Shown: positions 1 to 10,067, counted from the first letter of the whole stretch. The stretch: DNA of 31,406 nt, filler included, from Candidatus Woesearchaeota archaeon (GCA_018221205.1; 2 parts of 2 records of this genome joined end to end with filler, not necessarily neighbours in it), one strand, 5' to 3'. A program made the numbers and translations. The notes: generated by a model not told the origin, from the sequence alone.

Positions 1-2
1 CT

Positions 3-2276
3 GCCTACTCTTTTCTCTTTTCCTTTGTATTTTCTTAGAATCATCAATGAACGGGTTGCACAATGCCTAAAGCGCCTTTTGAGCACTTCTGATTTGTCTA
101 TGGCGTGGTGGACAATTTTAGCGAAATCCTCTGCTTTGATCATATCGAATGCTTTTTTCACATTAACTTGCTTTTCAGAAGCAACATAGAAGCCATTATC
201 GGTTACTCCTATCTCCACATCCTTATGCTGGGTCTTGCCGACTGCAAATGCGACTGCCCTGCTTAAGCAATCATTTACCCTTCTGCCGAACAACGTATGG
301 AAGACAGTATATTTCATCTTGTCTTCTTTGTAATGCTCTATCACTATCATAGTGCTTGAAGGTATTTTAGCATAGGAAAACTGCTCAAAAAAGTAATTAT
401 AGATCGATTCAGCTGCTTTTTTATCGACATAGAGATATTTTAAGATAAACTTCATGATTTCTGGTTTTTTCTTATGTGCGCAGAATTTCTCGTTCATCAA
501 TCTCCGGAATTTTCCGATCTCCATCGCAAGATCAAAGCTTAAGGGCAATTGTTCGGAGAACCAGCTCGGCACTGTCGGAGGACGATTCGGAGAGGCACCT
601 ACCTGTGCGACCATACCTCTTGAAAATTTGAACTCGTAGACCTGCCCGCCCAGAACAAAGATATCTCTTGGGCGCAAACGCTCTAAGAACGCCTCGTCTA
701 TTGTCCCGACAAATTGAGCGCCTACTTTCACCTGCACCTGCGCTTCATCAGGGATCGTGCCGATATTGGTCATATAGATCAGTCTTGCTAATTTACCCCT
801 TCTGCCTATCATCCCCGTCTCTTCGTCATGCCAGATCTTTGCGTAGACATGGCGGTCTTCCAATGAGATGAATTTTCCTGTGAGATAATCGATGACGTCC
901 TGGAAATCTTTTTTTGAAAGTGTGTTGTAGCAATAGCTTCTTTTTATTAACGTAAACAGATCATCATAATGGATCTTGTCTGCTATCGCTATCCCATAAA
1001 TATGCTGCGAAAGGACATCTAGAGCATTTGTCGGAATATGTATCTTATCTATCTTCTTTTCAATCGCTGATTTCAAGATGACTGCGCATTCGACCAGATC
1101 ATCCCTATCCAAGACAATAAGCCTTCCTTTTGTTGTGGCATGCAGCTGGTGGCCTGATCTGCCTATCCTCTGCAACGCTCTTGCGACAGACTTTGGACTG
1201 CCCAGCAGCAGGACCAGATCGATAAAGCCGATGTCTATGCCCAACTCTAAAGAAGTACTGGAGACAACAGCCTTGAGCTTTCCTTTTCTCAGCCGTTCTT
1301 CTATACCAAAGCGCAGCTCTTTAGAGAGCGAGCCATGATGAGCACCGATATTCTCTGAATAGTTCTTCGGAAACTTGTCTTTAAGATGATGGACAACCCT
1401 TTCAGTAGCTGCCCGAGTATTCGTGAATATGAGTGTTGTCTTATGATCCTGGATTAATTTGTCGATGAGCATGTACATTGCATTATGCATCACCTCATGG
1501 GTGTTGTCTATTAAATCTGAGACAGGACTTATCACTTTCAAGTCCATATCCTTGATAAACTGCACATCGACGACCTTACAAGGCCTTACTTTGCCATTAT
1601 CGTAGCCGACAAGGAATTTTGAGATCTCTTCTAAAGGAGAAATGGTCGCTGATAACCCTATCCTCGTGAGTGCTGGACTGAGCATCTGCAAACGTTCTAT
1701 GCTCAGGCTTAAATGAACACCTCTCTTGTTCTCAGCTAATGCGTGGATTTCGTCGATAATGAGCCATTGTACATCCTTCAGATGCTCCTTGAATTTGATG
1801 GTCGAGAGAAGGATCGCCAATGACTCTGGTGTGGTGATGAGGATATGGGGCGGCTTTTTGGTCATCTTTGACCGTTCATAAGTAGGAGTATCACCTGTCC
1901 GGACTGCTACCCTTATCTTATGGTCTTTTCCGGCTGCCTCTTCAATACCTGCCAACGGCTCTTTAAGGTTCTTTTCAATATCATTATTCAATGCTTTCAA
2001 GGGAGAGACATAGACACAGTAGATTTTATCTTCCAAGATGTCTTTCTCAGCTGAGTCCACTAATTCATTGATGATAGAGAGGAAACTGGTGAGTGTTTTT
2101 GTCGCTCCAGTCGGAGCAGAGATGAGGATATTATTTCTGGAGTGGATCTCCATGACCCCATAGAGCTGAGGCAAGGAAAAAGCCTTGAATCTAGAGAAAA
2201 ACCATTTCTTCACTGCTGGATGCAGTATCTTCTTTACAGAGGCCTCAGTATGAGGCTTTTTCATGAAATCTGGCAT
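3..2276 (-). CDS. lhr: ATP-dependent SF2 helicase, Lhr (Lhr-Core) family; 3' end runs off the window start
   Basis: Absent from the ORF track and translated by hand: MPDFMKKPHTEASVKKILHPAVKKWF...ISAPTGATKT (motif I variant), IIDEIHA (DExH), RIGLSATISP, HHGSLSKELR, VVSSTSLELGIDIG and LQRIGRSGH, which are typical Lhr motifs. Confidence 0.93.
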   Translation of the reverse strand, partial: MPDFMKKPHTEASVKKILHPAVKKWFFSRFKAFSLPQLYGVMEIHSRNNILISAPTGATKTLTSFLSIINELVDSAEKDILEDKIYCVYVSPLKALNNDIEKNLKEPLAGIEEAAGKDHKIRVAVRTGDTPTYERSKMTKKPPHILITTPESLAILLSTIKFKEHLKDVQWLIIDEIHALAENKRGVHLSLSIERLQMLSPALTRIGLSATISPLEEISKFLVGYDNGKVRPCKVVDVQFIKDMDLKVISPVSDLIDNTHEVMHNAMYMLIDKLIQDHKTTLIFTNTRAATERVVHHLKDKFPKNYSENIGAHHGSLSKELRFGIEERLRKGKLKAVVSSTSLELGIDIGFIDLVLLLGSPKSVARALQRIGRSGHQLHATTKGRLIVLDRDDLVECAVILKSAIEKKIDKIHIPTNALDVLSQHIYGIAIADKIHYDDLFTLIKRSYCYNTLSKKDFQDVIDYLTGKFISLEDRHVYAKIWHDEETGMIGRRGKLARLIYMTNIGTIPDEAQVQVKVGAQFVGTIDEAFLERLRPRDIFVLGGQVYEFKFSRGMVAQVGASPNRPPTVPSWFSEQLPLSFDLAMEIGKFRRLMNEKFCAHKKKPEIMKFILKYLYVDKKAAESIYNYFFEQFSYAKIPSSTMIVIEHYKEDKMKYTVFHTLFGRRVNDCLSRAVAFAVGKTQHKDVEIGVTDNGFYVASEKQVNVKKAFDMIKAEDFAKIVHHAIDKSEVLKRRFRHCATRSLMILRKYKGKEKRVG

Positions 2277-2307
2277 CAGAACAAAGGGAATATATGAAAT
2301 TTAAATA

Positions 2308-2454
2308 TTATACTACTTCATCTTCTTCATCGGATTTTTCGTCCTGCTCTGCTCCTTTCTGGAAGCCTGCTTCTGCTGAGGACATGCCATCATCATCTAC
2401 CTGGTCATCGGGATCTTCCAGGATCTTATCGTGCGATTCTCGCTCATTTTCCAT
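2308..2454 (-). CDS. small, highly acidic hypothetical protein (48 aa)
   Basis: Hand-translated as MENERESHDKILEDPDDQVDDDGMSSAEAGFQKGAEQDEKSDEEDEVV*. A GGGTGAG ribosome-binding site lies just upstream, and the ORF fills the lhr-lysS gap. Confidence 0.7.
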   Translation of the reverse strand: MENERESHDKILEDPDDQVDDDGMSSAEAGFQKGAEQDEKSDEEDEVV

Positions 2455-2561
2455 AAACTCACCCAGATTTATATGAGCTAGGACCTTTATATAGTTTTCG
2501 TTGGTTTATATAAACAGTTTTTACCATAATCTTTAAAAGACTAAGGCTATATCTTGCTGGT

Positions 2562-4211
2562 ATGTCAGAGAGTATGCATTGGGCTGATCGGATAGCGCAG
2601 CTGGTTAAAGAAAGAGTTGAGAAAGATAAGCTTCTTCAGGCTGTTGTGAAGGAGAAAGGATATATCTGTTATGATGAAAAGACGCCTTCTGGAAATATCC
2701 ATGTGGGCTCTGGAAGGGGGTGGGTCATCTTTGACTGCGTAGCCAAAGCACTGCGCAAGATCGGCCTGAAAGGACGATTCATCCTGAGTTCTGATGATAT
2801 GGATCCTTTTGACAAGCCAAGCAAGGAATTAGGAGAGGAATGGAATAAATATTTAGGAATGCCGTTCAGGGATATGCCTTCTCCTCAAAAGGGCTATAAG
2901 AACTATGCTGATTATTATTTCTCTCGGGTAACAGAGAAGTTTCCTGAATGGGGTATAGAGGCTGAATTGCAAAGCACTGGAGAGCGGTATATCGATGGGA
3001 GTTTTAATCCTCAGATCAAGAAGATCCTTGATAATGCAGACAAAGTCAAGCAGATCTATATGGACCTGTATGGAGAGGATACCCCTGCTGCCAAAAAACT
3101 GCCTTTCAATGTCAAATGCCCTCAATGCGGGAAGATAGCCACCACTATTGCGACAGAATGGAACAAAGAGAAAGAAGAGATCTATTTCGAATGCAAAGAA
3201 AATGTTGTTAAATTTGCTCAAGGTTGCGGTCATAAAGGATGGATATCTCCCTACAATGGCAATGGGAAGTTTCCATGGAAAGTGGAATGGCCTGCGAAAT
3301 GGCCTATGATGGGTGTTGTCTATGAGATCGCAGGCAAGGATCATTTCACCAAAGGAGGGGCACGTACGATAGCAAATAAGATTGCAGTCGATGTCTTGGG
3401 CTATCCTCCTCCTGTGCCTTCTGACGGCTATAAGACTGGAAAAGGGTATGAGTTTTTTACTGTAGGCGGCGCTAAAATGAGCACTTCTAAAGGAACAGGC
3501 ATGTCATTCAGAGGAATATCGGAATATGCGCCTGCGAAGATGCTCAGGTATCTTATTGTCAAATCTCGTGTCCATGCTGTCCTTGACTTTGATCCATACA
3601 ATGATAATGATCTTTTATTACTTTATGATCGATATGACAAGACTGAAAAGGATTATTTTGAAGGGAAAGATGAATTGCAGAAAAGGGTGTATGAATTGAG
3701 CCATGTGGGTAAGATTCCTACATCATGTCCTCCACACATCCCCTTGAATACTGCTGCTTTTACGATCCAGATTGCTTTATTTGATGTTGATAAGGCGCTT
3801 GATATCCTGAAAGGCCTTGATATGGTGGACAAAGAAGCCTCTAAGGAGGATATTGAGGCCATCAAAGAAAGACTTGAATTTGCTCGACGGTGGGTGAAGG
3901 ATTTTGCTTCTGATCAGTATAAGTTCGAAGTTGCTACAAAAGTCAGTGAGGATGTCAAAAAAAGTCTTTCTGAGAAGCAGAAAGAGGCCCTTACACTTCT
4001 GAAAGTGAAGCTTTCTGCCAAAGATTATGGGCAGAAGGAATTATATGAAGAATTCTATAAGATAAAGGAAGAGACCAATGTTGAGATCAAGGATTTCTTT
4101 GAAGCTGCTTATTTAATCATCATCAACAAGAAAAGAGGGCCTAAACTGGCTGGTTTTATTCTTTCTCTAGGTAAAGAGAAAGTCATTGATTTATTGAATC
4201 AGGCTGTATAG
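2562..4211 (+). CDS. lysS: lysyl-tRNA synthetase, class I (archaeal type)
   Basis: N-terminal HWAD, TPSGNIHVG (HIGH-like), CxxC zinc motifs, WKVEWPAKW, GKDH, KMSTSKG and C-terminal GPKLA. Confidence 0.96.
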   Translation: MSESMHWADRIAQLVKERVEKDKLLQAVVKEKGYICYDEKTPSGNIHVGSGRGWVIFDCVAKALRKIGLKGRFILSSDDMDPFDKPSKELGEEWNKYLGMPFRDMPSPQKGYKNYADYYFSRVTEKFPEWGIEAELQSTGERYIDGSFNPQIKKILDNADKVKQIYMDLYGEDTPAAKKLPFNVKCPQCGKIATTIATEWNKEKEEIYFECKENVVKFAQGCGHKGWISPYNGNGKFPWKVEWPAKWPMMGVVYEIAGKDHFTKGGARTIANKIAVDVLGYPPPVPSDGYKTGKGYEFFTVGGAKMSTSKGTGMSFRGISEYAPAKMLRYLIVKSRVHAVLDFDPYNDNDLLLLYDRYDKTEKDYFEGKDELQKRVYELSHVGKIPTSCPPHIPLNTAAFTIQIALFDVDKALDILKGLDMVDKEASKEDIEAIKERLEFARRWVKDFASDQYKFEVATKVSEDVKKSLSEKQKEALTLLKVKLSAKDYGQKELYEEFYKIKEETNVEIKDFFEAAYLIIINKKRGPKLAGFILSLGKEKVIDLLNQAV

Positions 4212-4251
4212 AACAATAATCTTTTTTAAGGAGTTCTCAACTTCTTTGTGT

Positions 4252-5331
4252 ATGGGGGTTGTAGTTGGCATTCCTAAGGAAAAGAATGATACTAGGGTGG
4301 CGGCCACGCCCTCTACGGTCAAAAGCCTGAAGAAGCTCAATCTTGATGTTGTTGTTGAGAAAGGGGCTGGAGAGAATGCTTCATTTTCTGATGAAATGTA
4401 TGTGGAAGCTGGTGCAACTATCGGTGATCTACGCAAAGCAGATATCATTCTTGGAGTGAATCCTCCTGATTCTGTTGATGATCTTAAAGAAGGATCATAT
4501 TGGGTGAGCCACCTTATTCCTCAAGTAGATGATGTTATCATCAAAGAGATGGCTGCTCGCAACATGACTGTTTTTTCGATGAATCTCATCCCTCGCATCA
4601 CGAGGGCTCAAAAGATGGATGCTCTCAGCTCTCAGAGCAATATTGCAGGGTATAAAGCTGTCATCGTGGCTGCTGAAGCTCTTGGTAAGATGTTTCCGCT
4701 GATGATGACTGCTGCTGGCACGATCCAGCCAGCTAAAGTGGTTGTTCTGGGAGCGGGAGTTGCTGGTCTGAGTGCTGTTGCGACCGCAAAAAGATTAGGT
4801 GCGCTTGTTGAGGCATCTGATGTACGGCCTGCTGCCAAAGAGCAGGTTGAGAGTTTAGGAGCAAAATTCATCGATGTTGAATTTGATAAGGATTCTGAGA
4901 CTGAAGGAGGCTATGCCAAAGAAGTGAGCAAGGATTTTCTTAAACGGCAGAGTGAGGAAATGGCTAAACGTATCAAAGCTGCTGACATTGTCATCACCAC
5001 CGCGCTTGTTCCGGGCAAAATAGCTCCGATTCTCGTGACTGAAGAGATGGTCAAGAGCATGAAGCCTGGGAGCGTCATCGTCGATCTGGCAGCTGGCCAG
5101 GGTGGGAATTGCGCCCTGACTGAGGCTGGAACGATCGCTATCAAAAACAATGTGACAATAATCGGTGAGACGAATATGCCTGCTACTGTCTCGGTGCATG
5201 CATCTGAATTATACGCTAAAAATATCCTCAATTTTGTCTCTGATCTGATCAAGGAAGGCGAAATTGCCCTGAACAAGGAAGATGAAGTGTTCAAAGAATC
5301 TTTAGTTGTAGAGAAAGGTGAGATACGATGA
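4252..5331 (+). CDS. pntAA: NAD(P) transhydrogenase alpha subunit, NAD(H)-binding part (domain I)
   Basis: GIPKE...RVAATP, PRITRAQKMDALSSQSNIAGY, GAGVAGL, GGYAKE, TTALVPG and DLAAGQGGNC. ATG 4252 is preferred over the TTG start at 4246. Confidence 0.95.
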   Translation: MGVVVGIPKEKNDTRVAATPSTVKSLKKLNLDVVVEKGAGENASFSDEMYVEAGATIGDLRKADIILGVNPPDSVDDLKEGSYWVSHLIPQVDDVIIKEMAARNMTVFSMNLIPRITRAQKMDALSSQSNIAGYKAVIVAAEALGKMFPLMMTAAGTIQPAKVVVLGAGVAGLSAVATAKRLGALVEASDVRPAAKEQVESLGAKFIDVEFDKDSETEGGYAKEVSKDFLKRQSEEMAKRIKAADIVITTALVPGKIAPILVTEEMVKSMKPGSVIVDLAAGQGGNCALTEAGTIAIKNNVTIIGETNMPATVSVHASELYAKNILNFVSDLIKEGEIALNKEDEVFKESLVVEKGEIR

Positions 5332-5606
5332 TCGATCTTTTCTCGCTGTTTGCATTGTTTGTCCTGGCTATCTTTGTCGGGTATGAGATCATCACGAAAA
5401 TACCTCCTACTTTGCATACTCCTTTGATGAGCGGAACAAATGCCATCTCGGGAATTGCCATAGTGGGTGCATTGTTATCTATTCCCCATAGCACGCCGAC
5501 TGTCGCGAATATCTTAGGATTATTTGCGTTGATAATGGCTACCATAAATGTGGTCGGCGGATTCATGGTCACTGACAGGATGTTGAGCATGTTCAAGAAA
5601 AAATGA
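5328..5606 (+). CDS. pntAB: NAD(P) transhydrogenase alpha subunit, membrane part
   Basis: PTLHTPLMSGTNAISG and NVVGGFMVTDRMLSMFK, with ATGA overlaps to both neighbours. Confidence 0.95.
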   Translation: MIDLFSLFALFVLAIFVGYEIITKIPPTLHTPLMSGTNAISGIAIVGALLSIPHSTPTVANILGLFALIMATINVVGGFMVTDRMLSMFKKK

Positions 5607-6991
5607 TAGGAATTGATTTTACGTATTTAGTCGCGGCTGTCCTCTTCATACTAGGTATCAAAGGATTGACTAAAGTCAAGACCTCTAAGAGAGGGAATAT
5701 GCTGGCAGCTATTGCCATGCTCATCGCTGTTGTCATCACTCTCGTCGATATGCAGCTCAAAGGAACAGGCATAGGCTGGGGATATATCATCTCGGGAATT
5801 GTCATCGGCGGCTTGATCGGTGCGATTACAGCACGGAAAGTAGAGATGACTGCCATGCCTCAGATGGTGGCTATCTTCAACGGCTTTGGTGGAGGGGCTT
5901 CTGTTCTCGTGGCTACTGCTTATTTCATCCCTACAGCTATCAATAATATGTTTGATATCTCTACAGTGATGCTGAGCATGCTCATCGGCAGCGTGACTTT
6001 TACGGGGAGTGTCATCGCATTCCTGAAATTGCAGGGATGGATCTCTTCAAGGCCCATCATCTTCAAAGGGAACAATATCTGGAATGGATTATTGTTCCTC
6101 ATTATTATTGGTGTAGCAGTTCGAGTGATCATGTTGGGGCAGAATACTCCCTATGGCATATCTCTTTCCTTCTTACTCATCGGGTTGGCTGCCCTTCTCG
6201 GTATATTGCTTGTCATCCCTATCGGCGGAGCAGACATGCCGGTTGTCATCGCTTTGCTGAACTCTTATTCGGGATTGGCTGCTGCAGCGACAGGATTTGT
6301 CCTCAAAAATACAGTTTTGATCATCAGCGGAGCTTTAGTCGGTGCTTCTGGCATCATCCTGACCACGATCATGTGCAAGGCTATGAACAGAAGCCTCGTC
6401 AATGTCATCTTTGGTGGATTCGGCCAGGAAGTCTCAAAAAGCGAACGGGGAGGCTACAAGAATGTCAAAGAAAGCTCTCCTGAAGAGGCTGCATTGTTCC
6501 TTGAAAGCGCAAGCTCGGTCATCATCATCCCTGGCTATGGTCTTGCAGTCGCTCAGGCCCAGCATGCGTGCCAGGAATTGGCTGAGATGCTTGAGAAGCG
6601 CAGCATCAATGTGAGATTTGCTATCCATCCTGTTGCTGGAAGGATGCCTGGCCATATGAATGTGCTTTTGGCTGAGGCCAATGTTCCGCACGAGAAATTG
6701 ATGGATCTGGATAGTATCAATGCTGACTTCAAGAATACTGATGTTGTCATCGTCGTTGGGGCGAATGATGTGGTCAATCCAGCTGCGACGAACGATAAAA
6801 ATTCTCCTATTTATGGTATGCCTATCTTAAAAGCTCATGAAGCACGAAGTGTCTTTGTCATCAAGAGAAGCCTAAGCCCTGGTTTTGCAGGAATAGATAA
6901 TGAATTATTCGATTATGACAATACCAGAATGATATTCGCAGACGCCAAACAGGCATTACAGCAGCTTGTTTTGGAAGTGGAGGAGTTGTAA
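5603..6991 (+). CDS. pntB: NAD(P) transhydrogenase beta subunit
   Basis: MTAMPQMVAIFNGFGG, IGGADMPVVIALLNSYSG, PGYGLAVAQAQH, HPVAGRMPGHMNVLLAEA and GANDVVNPAA. Confidence 0.96.
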   Translation: MIGIDFTYLVAAVLFILGIKGLTKVKTSKRGNMLAAIAMLIAVVITLVDMQLKGTGIGWGYIISGIVIGGLIGAITARKVEMTAMPQMVAIFNGFGGGASVLVATAYFIPTAINNMFDISTVMLSMLIGSVTFTGSVIAFLKLQGWISSRPIIFKGNNIWNGLLFLIIIGVAVRVIMLGQNTPYGISLSFLLIGLAALLGILLVIPIGGADMPVVIALLNSYSGLAAAATGFVLKNTVLIISGALVGASGIILTTIMCKAMNRSLVNVIFGGFGQEVSKSERGGYKNVKESSPEEAALFLESASSVIIIPGYGLAVAQAQHACQELAEMLEKRSINVRFAIHPVAGRMPGHMNVLLAEANVPHEKLMDLDSINADFKNTDVVIVVGANDVVNPAATNDKNSPIYGMPILKAHEARSVFVIKRSLSPGFAGIDNELFDYDNTRMIFADAKQALQQLVLEVEEL

Positions 6992-6992
6992 A

Positions 6993-7262
6993 ATGGCAAA
7001 GCAAGTTGATTTGGATTCCATGGTTAGTCTAGGAAGAGCGGAAATCACTTATGATTCTGTTGGGGGATTCACTGTGAAGATGGAAGGTAGAGAGGATTTG
7101 CACTATCAAGCTCGGCCATTCAGAGAAAAGGATCCGGAGTTTCATAGACGAAAAGCTAGTGATAGGGCACAAGTTCTTGCTGATGAATTTGGTGTGCATC
7201 TTGTGGGTGTATCCTATGATGGAAAAGTTTATGTTTGTGATGTTTACCGTCCAAGAGATTAA
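6993..7262 (+). CDS. hypothetical protein (89 aa)
   Basis: Open frame MAKQVDLDSM... starting immediately after the pntB stop, with GGAGGAG upstream. No recognisable motif. Confidence 0.6.
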   Translation: MAKQVDLDSMVSLGRAEITYDSVGGFTVKMEGREDLHYQARPFREKDPEFHRRKASDRAQVLADEFGVHLVGVSYDGKVYVCDVYRPRD

Positions 7263-7355
7263 GATACATTTTTAAAGCCCTATTTGCTCTTCTTACTCGA
7301 GAAATATGATATTTGCGCATATATCATTTTTACTGTAATATTGAAGTGGAGAATT

Positions 7356-7631
7356 ATGACATACAAAATATATCCTGCAATTGCAGATATGGTAGGAGAA
7401 GAAGTGAGAATTGAATATAGTGAGAAAGAAGGAATTTCATTCATTCCGCAATCAAATCGAGACACAGTGAGTTTAGATGATGCTAAGTATTTGACCCCCG
7501 AATTTACTGAACTTTCCAGAAGACGAAAAATTGACACTGTCCTAACAGATTTACAATTGGAGCTGGATGGTGGCTCTAGAAAAAAAGGAGGAAGTACCTT
7601 AGGAATTCTAAGACCTATAGGAAGGGCATAG
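7356..7631 (+). CDS. hypothetical protein (91 aa)
   Basis: Open frame MTYKIYPAIAD... preceded by GGAG. No recognisable motif. Confidence 0.55.
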   Translation: MTYKIYPAIADMVGEEVRIEYSEKEGISFIPQSNRDTVSLDDAKYLTPEFTELSRRRKIDTVLTDLQLELDGGSRKKGGSTLGILRPIGRA

Positions 7632-7663
7632 ATTTTTAAAGCCTTTATTTATTCTCTTATTCT

Positions 7664-8947
7664 ATGATTGTGATGAAATTTGGTGGTACTTCTTTAGGGA
7701 GTGCTGAACGGATCAAGAATGTGGCTGCCATCATAGAAACAAGGCTCGAGAAAAAACCTATTATTGTCTGCAGTGCTGTCAGCGGGATAACCAATAAACT
7801 GATTGATTTGGGTCGAAAATCTCTAGCTGGTCAATCTTACGATACCTCTGAAGTTAAAAAAATTCATTCGGATATACTTAAGGATCTGGACTTAGAAGCA
7901 AGTTTGCTTGATGCTCTTCTCGGTGAATTAAACGCTGCTCTAGGCAAAAAAATAAGTGAAAAAGAGTTCATGGATAGTATCCAGAGTTTTGGAGAGAGAT
8001 TATCTGTACGGATTGTGGCTGCCCATATGAAAACCAAGGCGTATGATGCGTTTGATGTCGGCATGATCACTGATTCGGAGTTTGGAAAAGCTGAGCCTTT
8101 AGATTCTTCATACGAAAAAATTGCTACATCGCTCGCTAATCTAGATCATATCCCTATCGTGACTGGTTTTATCGGGAAGAATGAAGCTGGACAGATATCT
8201 ACTCTCAGCAGAGGAGGATCTGACTATACTGCTTCTATCATCGGAGCTGCTGTGCATGCTGAAGAGATTCAGATATGGACTGATGTCAACGGCATAATGA
8301 GCGCTGACCCGAAGATTGTGCCAGACGCTATAACAGTCAAGCAGATGAGCTTCAATGAAGCCTCTGAATTGGCATTTTTCGGCGCAAAGGTATTGCATCC
8401 TAAGTCACTCATACCTGCTATAAATCACCATATCCCTGTTCGGGTGCTCAATACTCATAATCCTGAGCATGATGGGACTCTGATATTGGCTGAAACTGAA
8501 AGCAATGGCATAAAAGCTGTTGCCTGCAGAAAAAATGTTTCTTTAGTGCATCTGAGCAGCACGCGCATGCTGAATGCTCATGGTTATCTGGCTAAGATCT
8601 TTGATGTCTTTGCCAAGAACAAGAAAAGCGTTGATATGGTCACTACCTCTGAAGTGAGCGTGTCAATGACCATAGATGAGCCAGAAGGCATGGATTCAAT
8701 CGTGAAAGAGCTGGAAGGGATTGCCCATGTATCTATTGAAGACAACAAGTCTATCATCTGCATTGTCGGAGAGGGGATGGCCTATGGAGACGGTCTTTCC
8801 GGAAAAGTGTTCTCTTCAATCGGGAACGCAAATATTCCTGTGAAGATGATCTGTCAAGGCGCTTCTAAAATAAATATCAGCTTTATTGTGGATGATGAAG
8901 ACACTGAAAAAGCAGTCAAGATACTGCATAGTACGTTCATAAGATGA
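7664..8947 (+). CDS. lysC: aspartate kinase with C-terminal ACT domains
   Basis: MKFGGTS, SFGERLS, LSRGGSDYTA, WTDVNG, ADPKIV, GAKVLHP and ACT-like repeats. Confidence 0.95.
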   Translation: MIVMKFGGTSLGSAERIKNVAAIIETRLEKKPIIVCSAVSGITNKLIDLGRKSLAGQSYDTSEVKKIHSDILKDLDLEASLLDALLGELNAALGKKISEKEFMDSIQSFGERLSVRIVAAHMKTKAYDAFDVGMITDSEFGKAEPLDSSYEKIATSLANLDHIPIVTGFIGKNEAGQISTLSRGGSDYTASIIGAAVHAEEIQIWTDVNGIMSADPKIVPDAITVKQMSFNEASELAFFGAKVLHPKSLIPAINHHIPVRVLNTHNPEHDGTLILAETESNGIKAVACRKNVSLVHLSSTRMLNAHGYLAKIFDVFAKNKKSVDMVTTSEVSVSMTIDEPEGMDSIVKELEGIAHVSIEDNKSIICIVGEGMAYGDGLSGKVFSSIGNANIPVKMICQGASKINISFIVDDEDTEKAVKILHSTFIR

Positions 8948-10020
8948 TACCAGTAGGAATAATCGGAGCAACCGGCATGGTCGGACAGAAATATATCCAT
9001 CTTTTAGAGAATCATCCTTATTTTGAAGTAAGGTATGTCGCTGCCTCGCCAAAATCTGCAGGAAAGAGCTATGAAGAGGCTGTGAAAGGGAGATGGCATC
9101 TTTCTCAGGATATTCCTGCAAAGGTTAAATCGCTCACTGTTGAGGATGCGAATGATGTGAGCAAAGCAAAAGGTAAATGTTCTTTTGTGTTTTCAGCTGT
9201 TGAGATGGATAAAGAGAGGACAAAGGAATTAGAGAATAGTTATGCACAAGAAGGCATCTCGGTTGTGTCTAATAATTCAGCGCATCGCTTTACTGAAGAT
9301 GTTCCTATGCTGGTTCCTGAGATCAATCATGATCACGTCTCTATCATCTCCGAGCAGATGAAGCAGAGGAACTGGAAAGGATTCATCTGTGTCAAGCCAA
9401 ACTGCAGCGTGCAGAGCTATATCACTCCTATCTATGCTCTTGAGAAAGCAGGATTTAAAGTTAAAAGGATGATCATCTCAACAATGCAGGCTGTCTCTGG
9501 AGCCGGTTTCAATACTGTCGAGGATATGGATATGCAGGATAATGTTATTCCTTTTATCGGCGGTGAGGAAGAGAAATCAGAATATGAGCCTGCGAAAATT
9601 TTAGGAAAGATTGAAGATGGGAAATGTGTGCATGATGATTCTATCAAGATCTCTGCTCATTGCAACAGGGTTCCGGTCATTGATGGCCATACTGCCACGA
9701 TAAGTGTAGAATTTGGTGAGAAAAAACCGAGCAAAGAAGAGATTATTGCCCTTTGGAAAGATTTCAAATCAGTCCCCCAGGAAATGGACCTTCCTTTTGC
9801 CCCTAAACAGCCTATCATCTATCATGATGAAGATAATCGGCCTCAGCCCCGATTGGATAGGGATGCAGACAAGGGAATGGCTGTCTCATTGGGCAGATTA
9901 CGAGAATGTCCTGTTTTTGATTATCGATTTGTCGGCCTGAGCCATAATACCATAAGGGGAGCAGCCGGCGGCGGCATACTGAATGCTGAATTATTGTACA
10001 AAAAAGGATTTCTTAAGTAA
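8944..10020 (+). CDS. asd: aspartate-semialdehyde dehydrogenase (archaeal/fungal-type)
   Basis: GATGMVGQ, VPEIN, catalytic PNCS, QAVSGAG, RVPVIDGH, RPQPRLDR and HNTIRGAAG. ATGA overlap with lysC. Confidence 0.95.
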   Translation: MIPVGIIGATGMVGQKYIHLLENHPYFEVRYVAASPKSAGKSYEEAVKGRWHLSQDIPAKVKSLTVEDANDVSKAKGKCSFVFSAVEMDKERTKELENSYAQEGISVVSNNSAHRFTEDVPMLVPEINHDHVSIISEQMKQRNWKGFICVKPNCSVQSYITPIYALEKAGFKVKRMIISTMQAVSGAGFNTVEDMDMQDNVIPFIGGEEEKSEYEPAKILGKIEDGKCVHDDSIKISAHCNRVPVIDGHTATISVEFGEKKPSKEEIIALWKDFKSVPQEMDLPFAPKQPIIYHDEDNRPQPRLDRDADKGMAVSLGRLRECPVFDYRFVGLSHNTIRGAAGGGILNAELLYKKGFLK

Positions 10021-10067
10021 CTACACAAAAAGATAGTTTTTAATAGGGAGAGGATTTCATTTTGCGC

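Noticed and set aside
454..2476. Plus-strand ORFs 454-639, 668-871, 1078-1338 and 2294-2476
   Set aside because: They are antisense shadows of lhr and the acidic microprotein.
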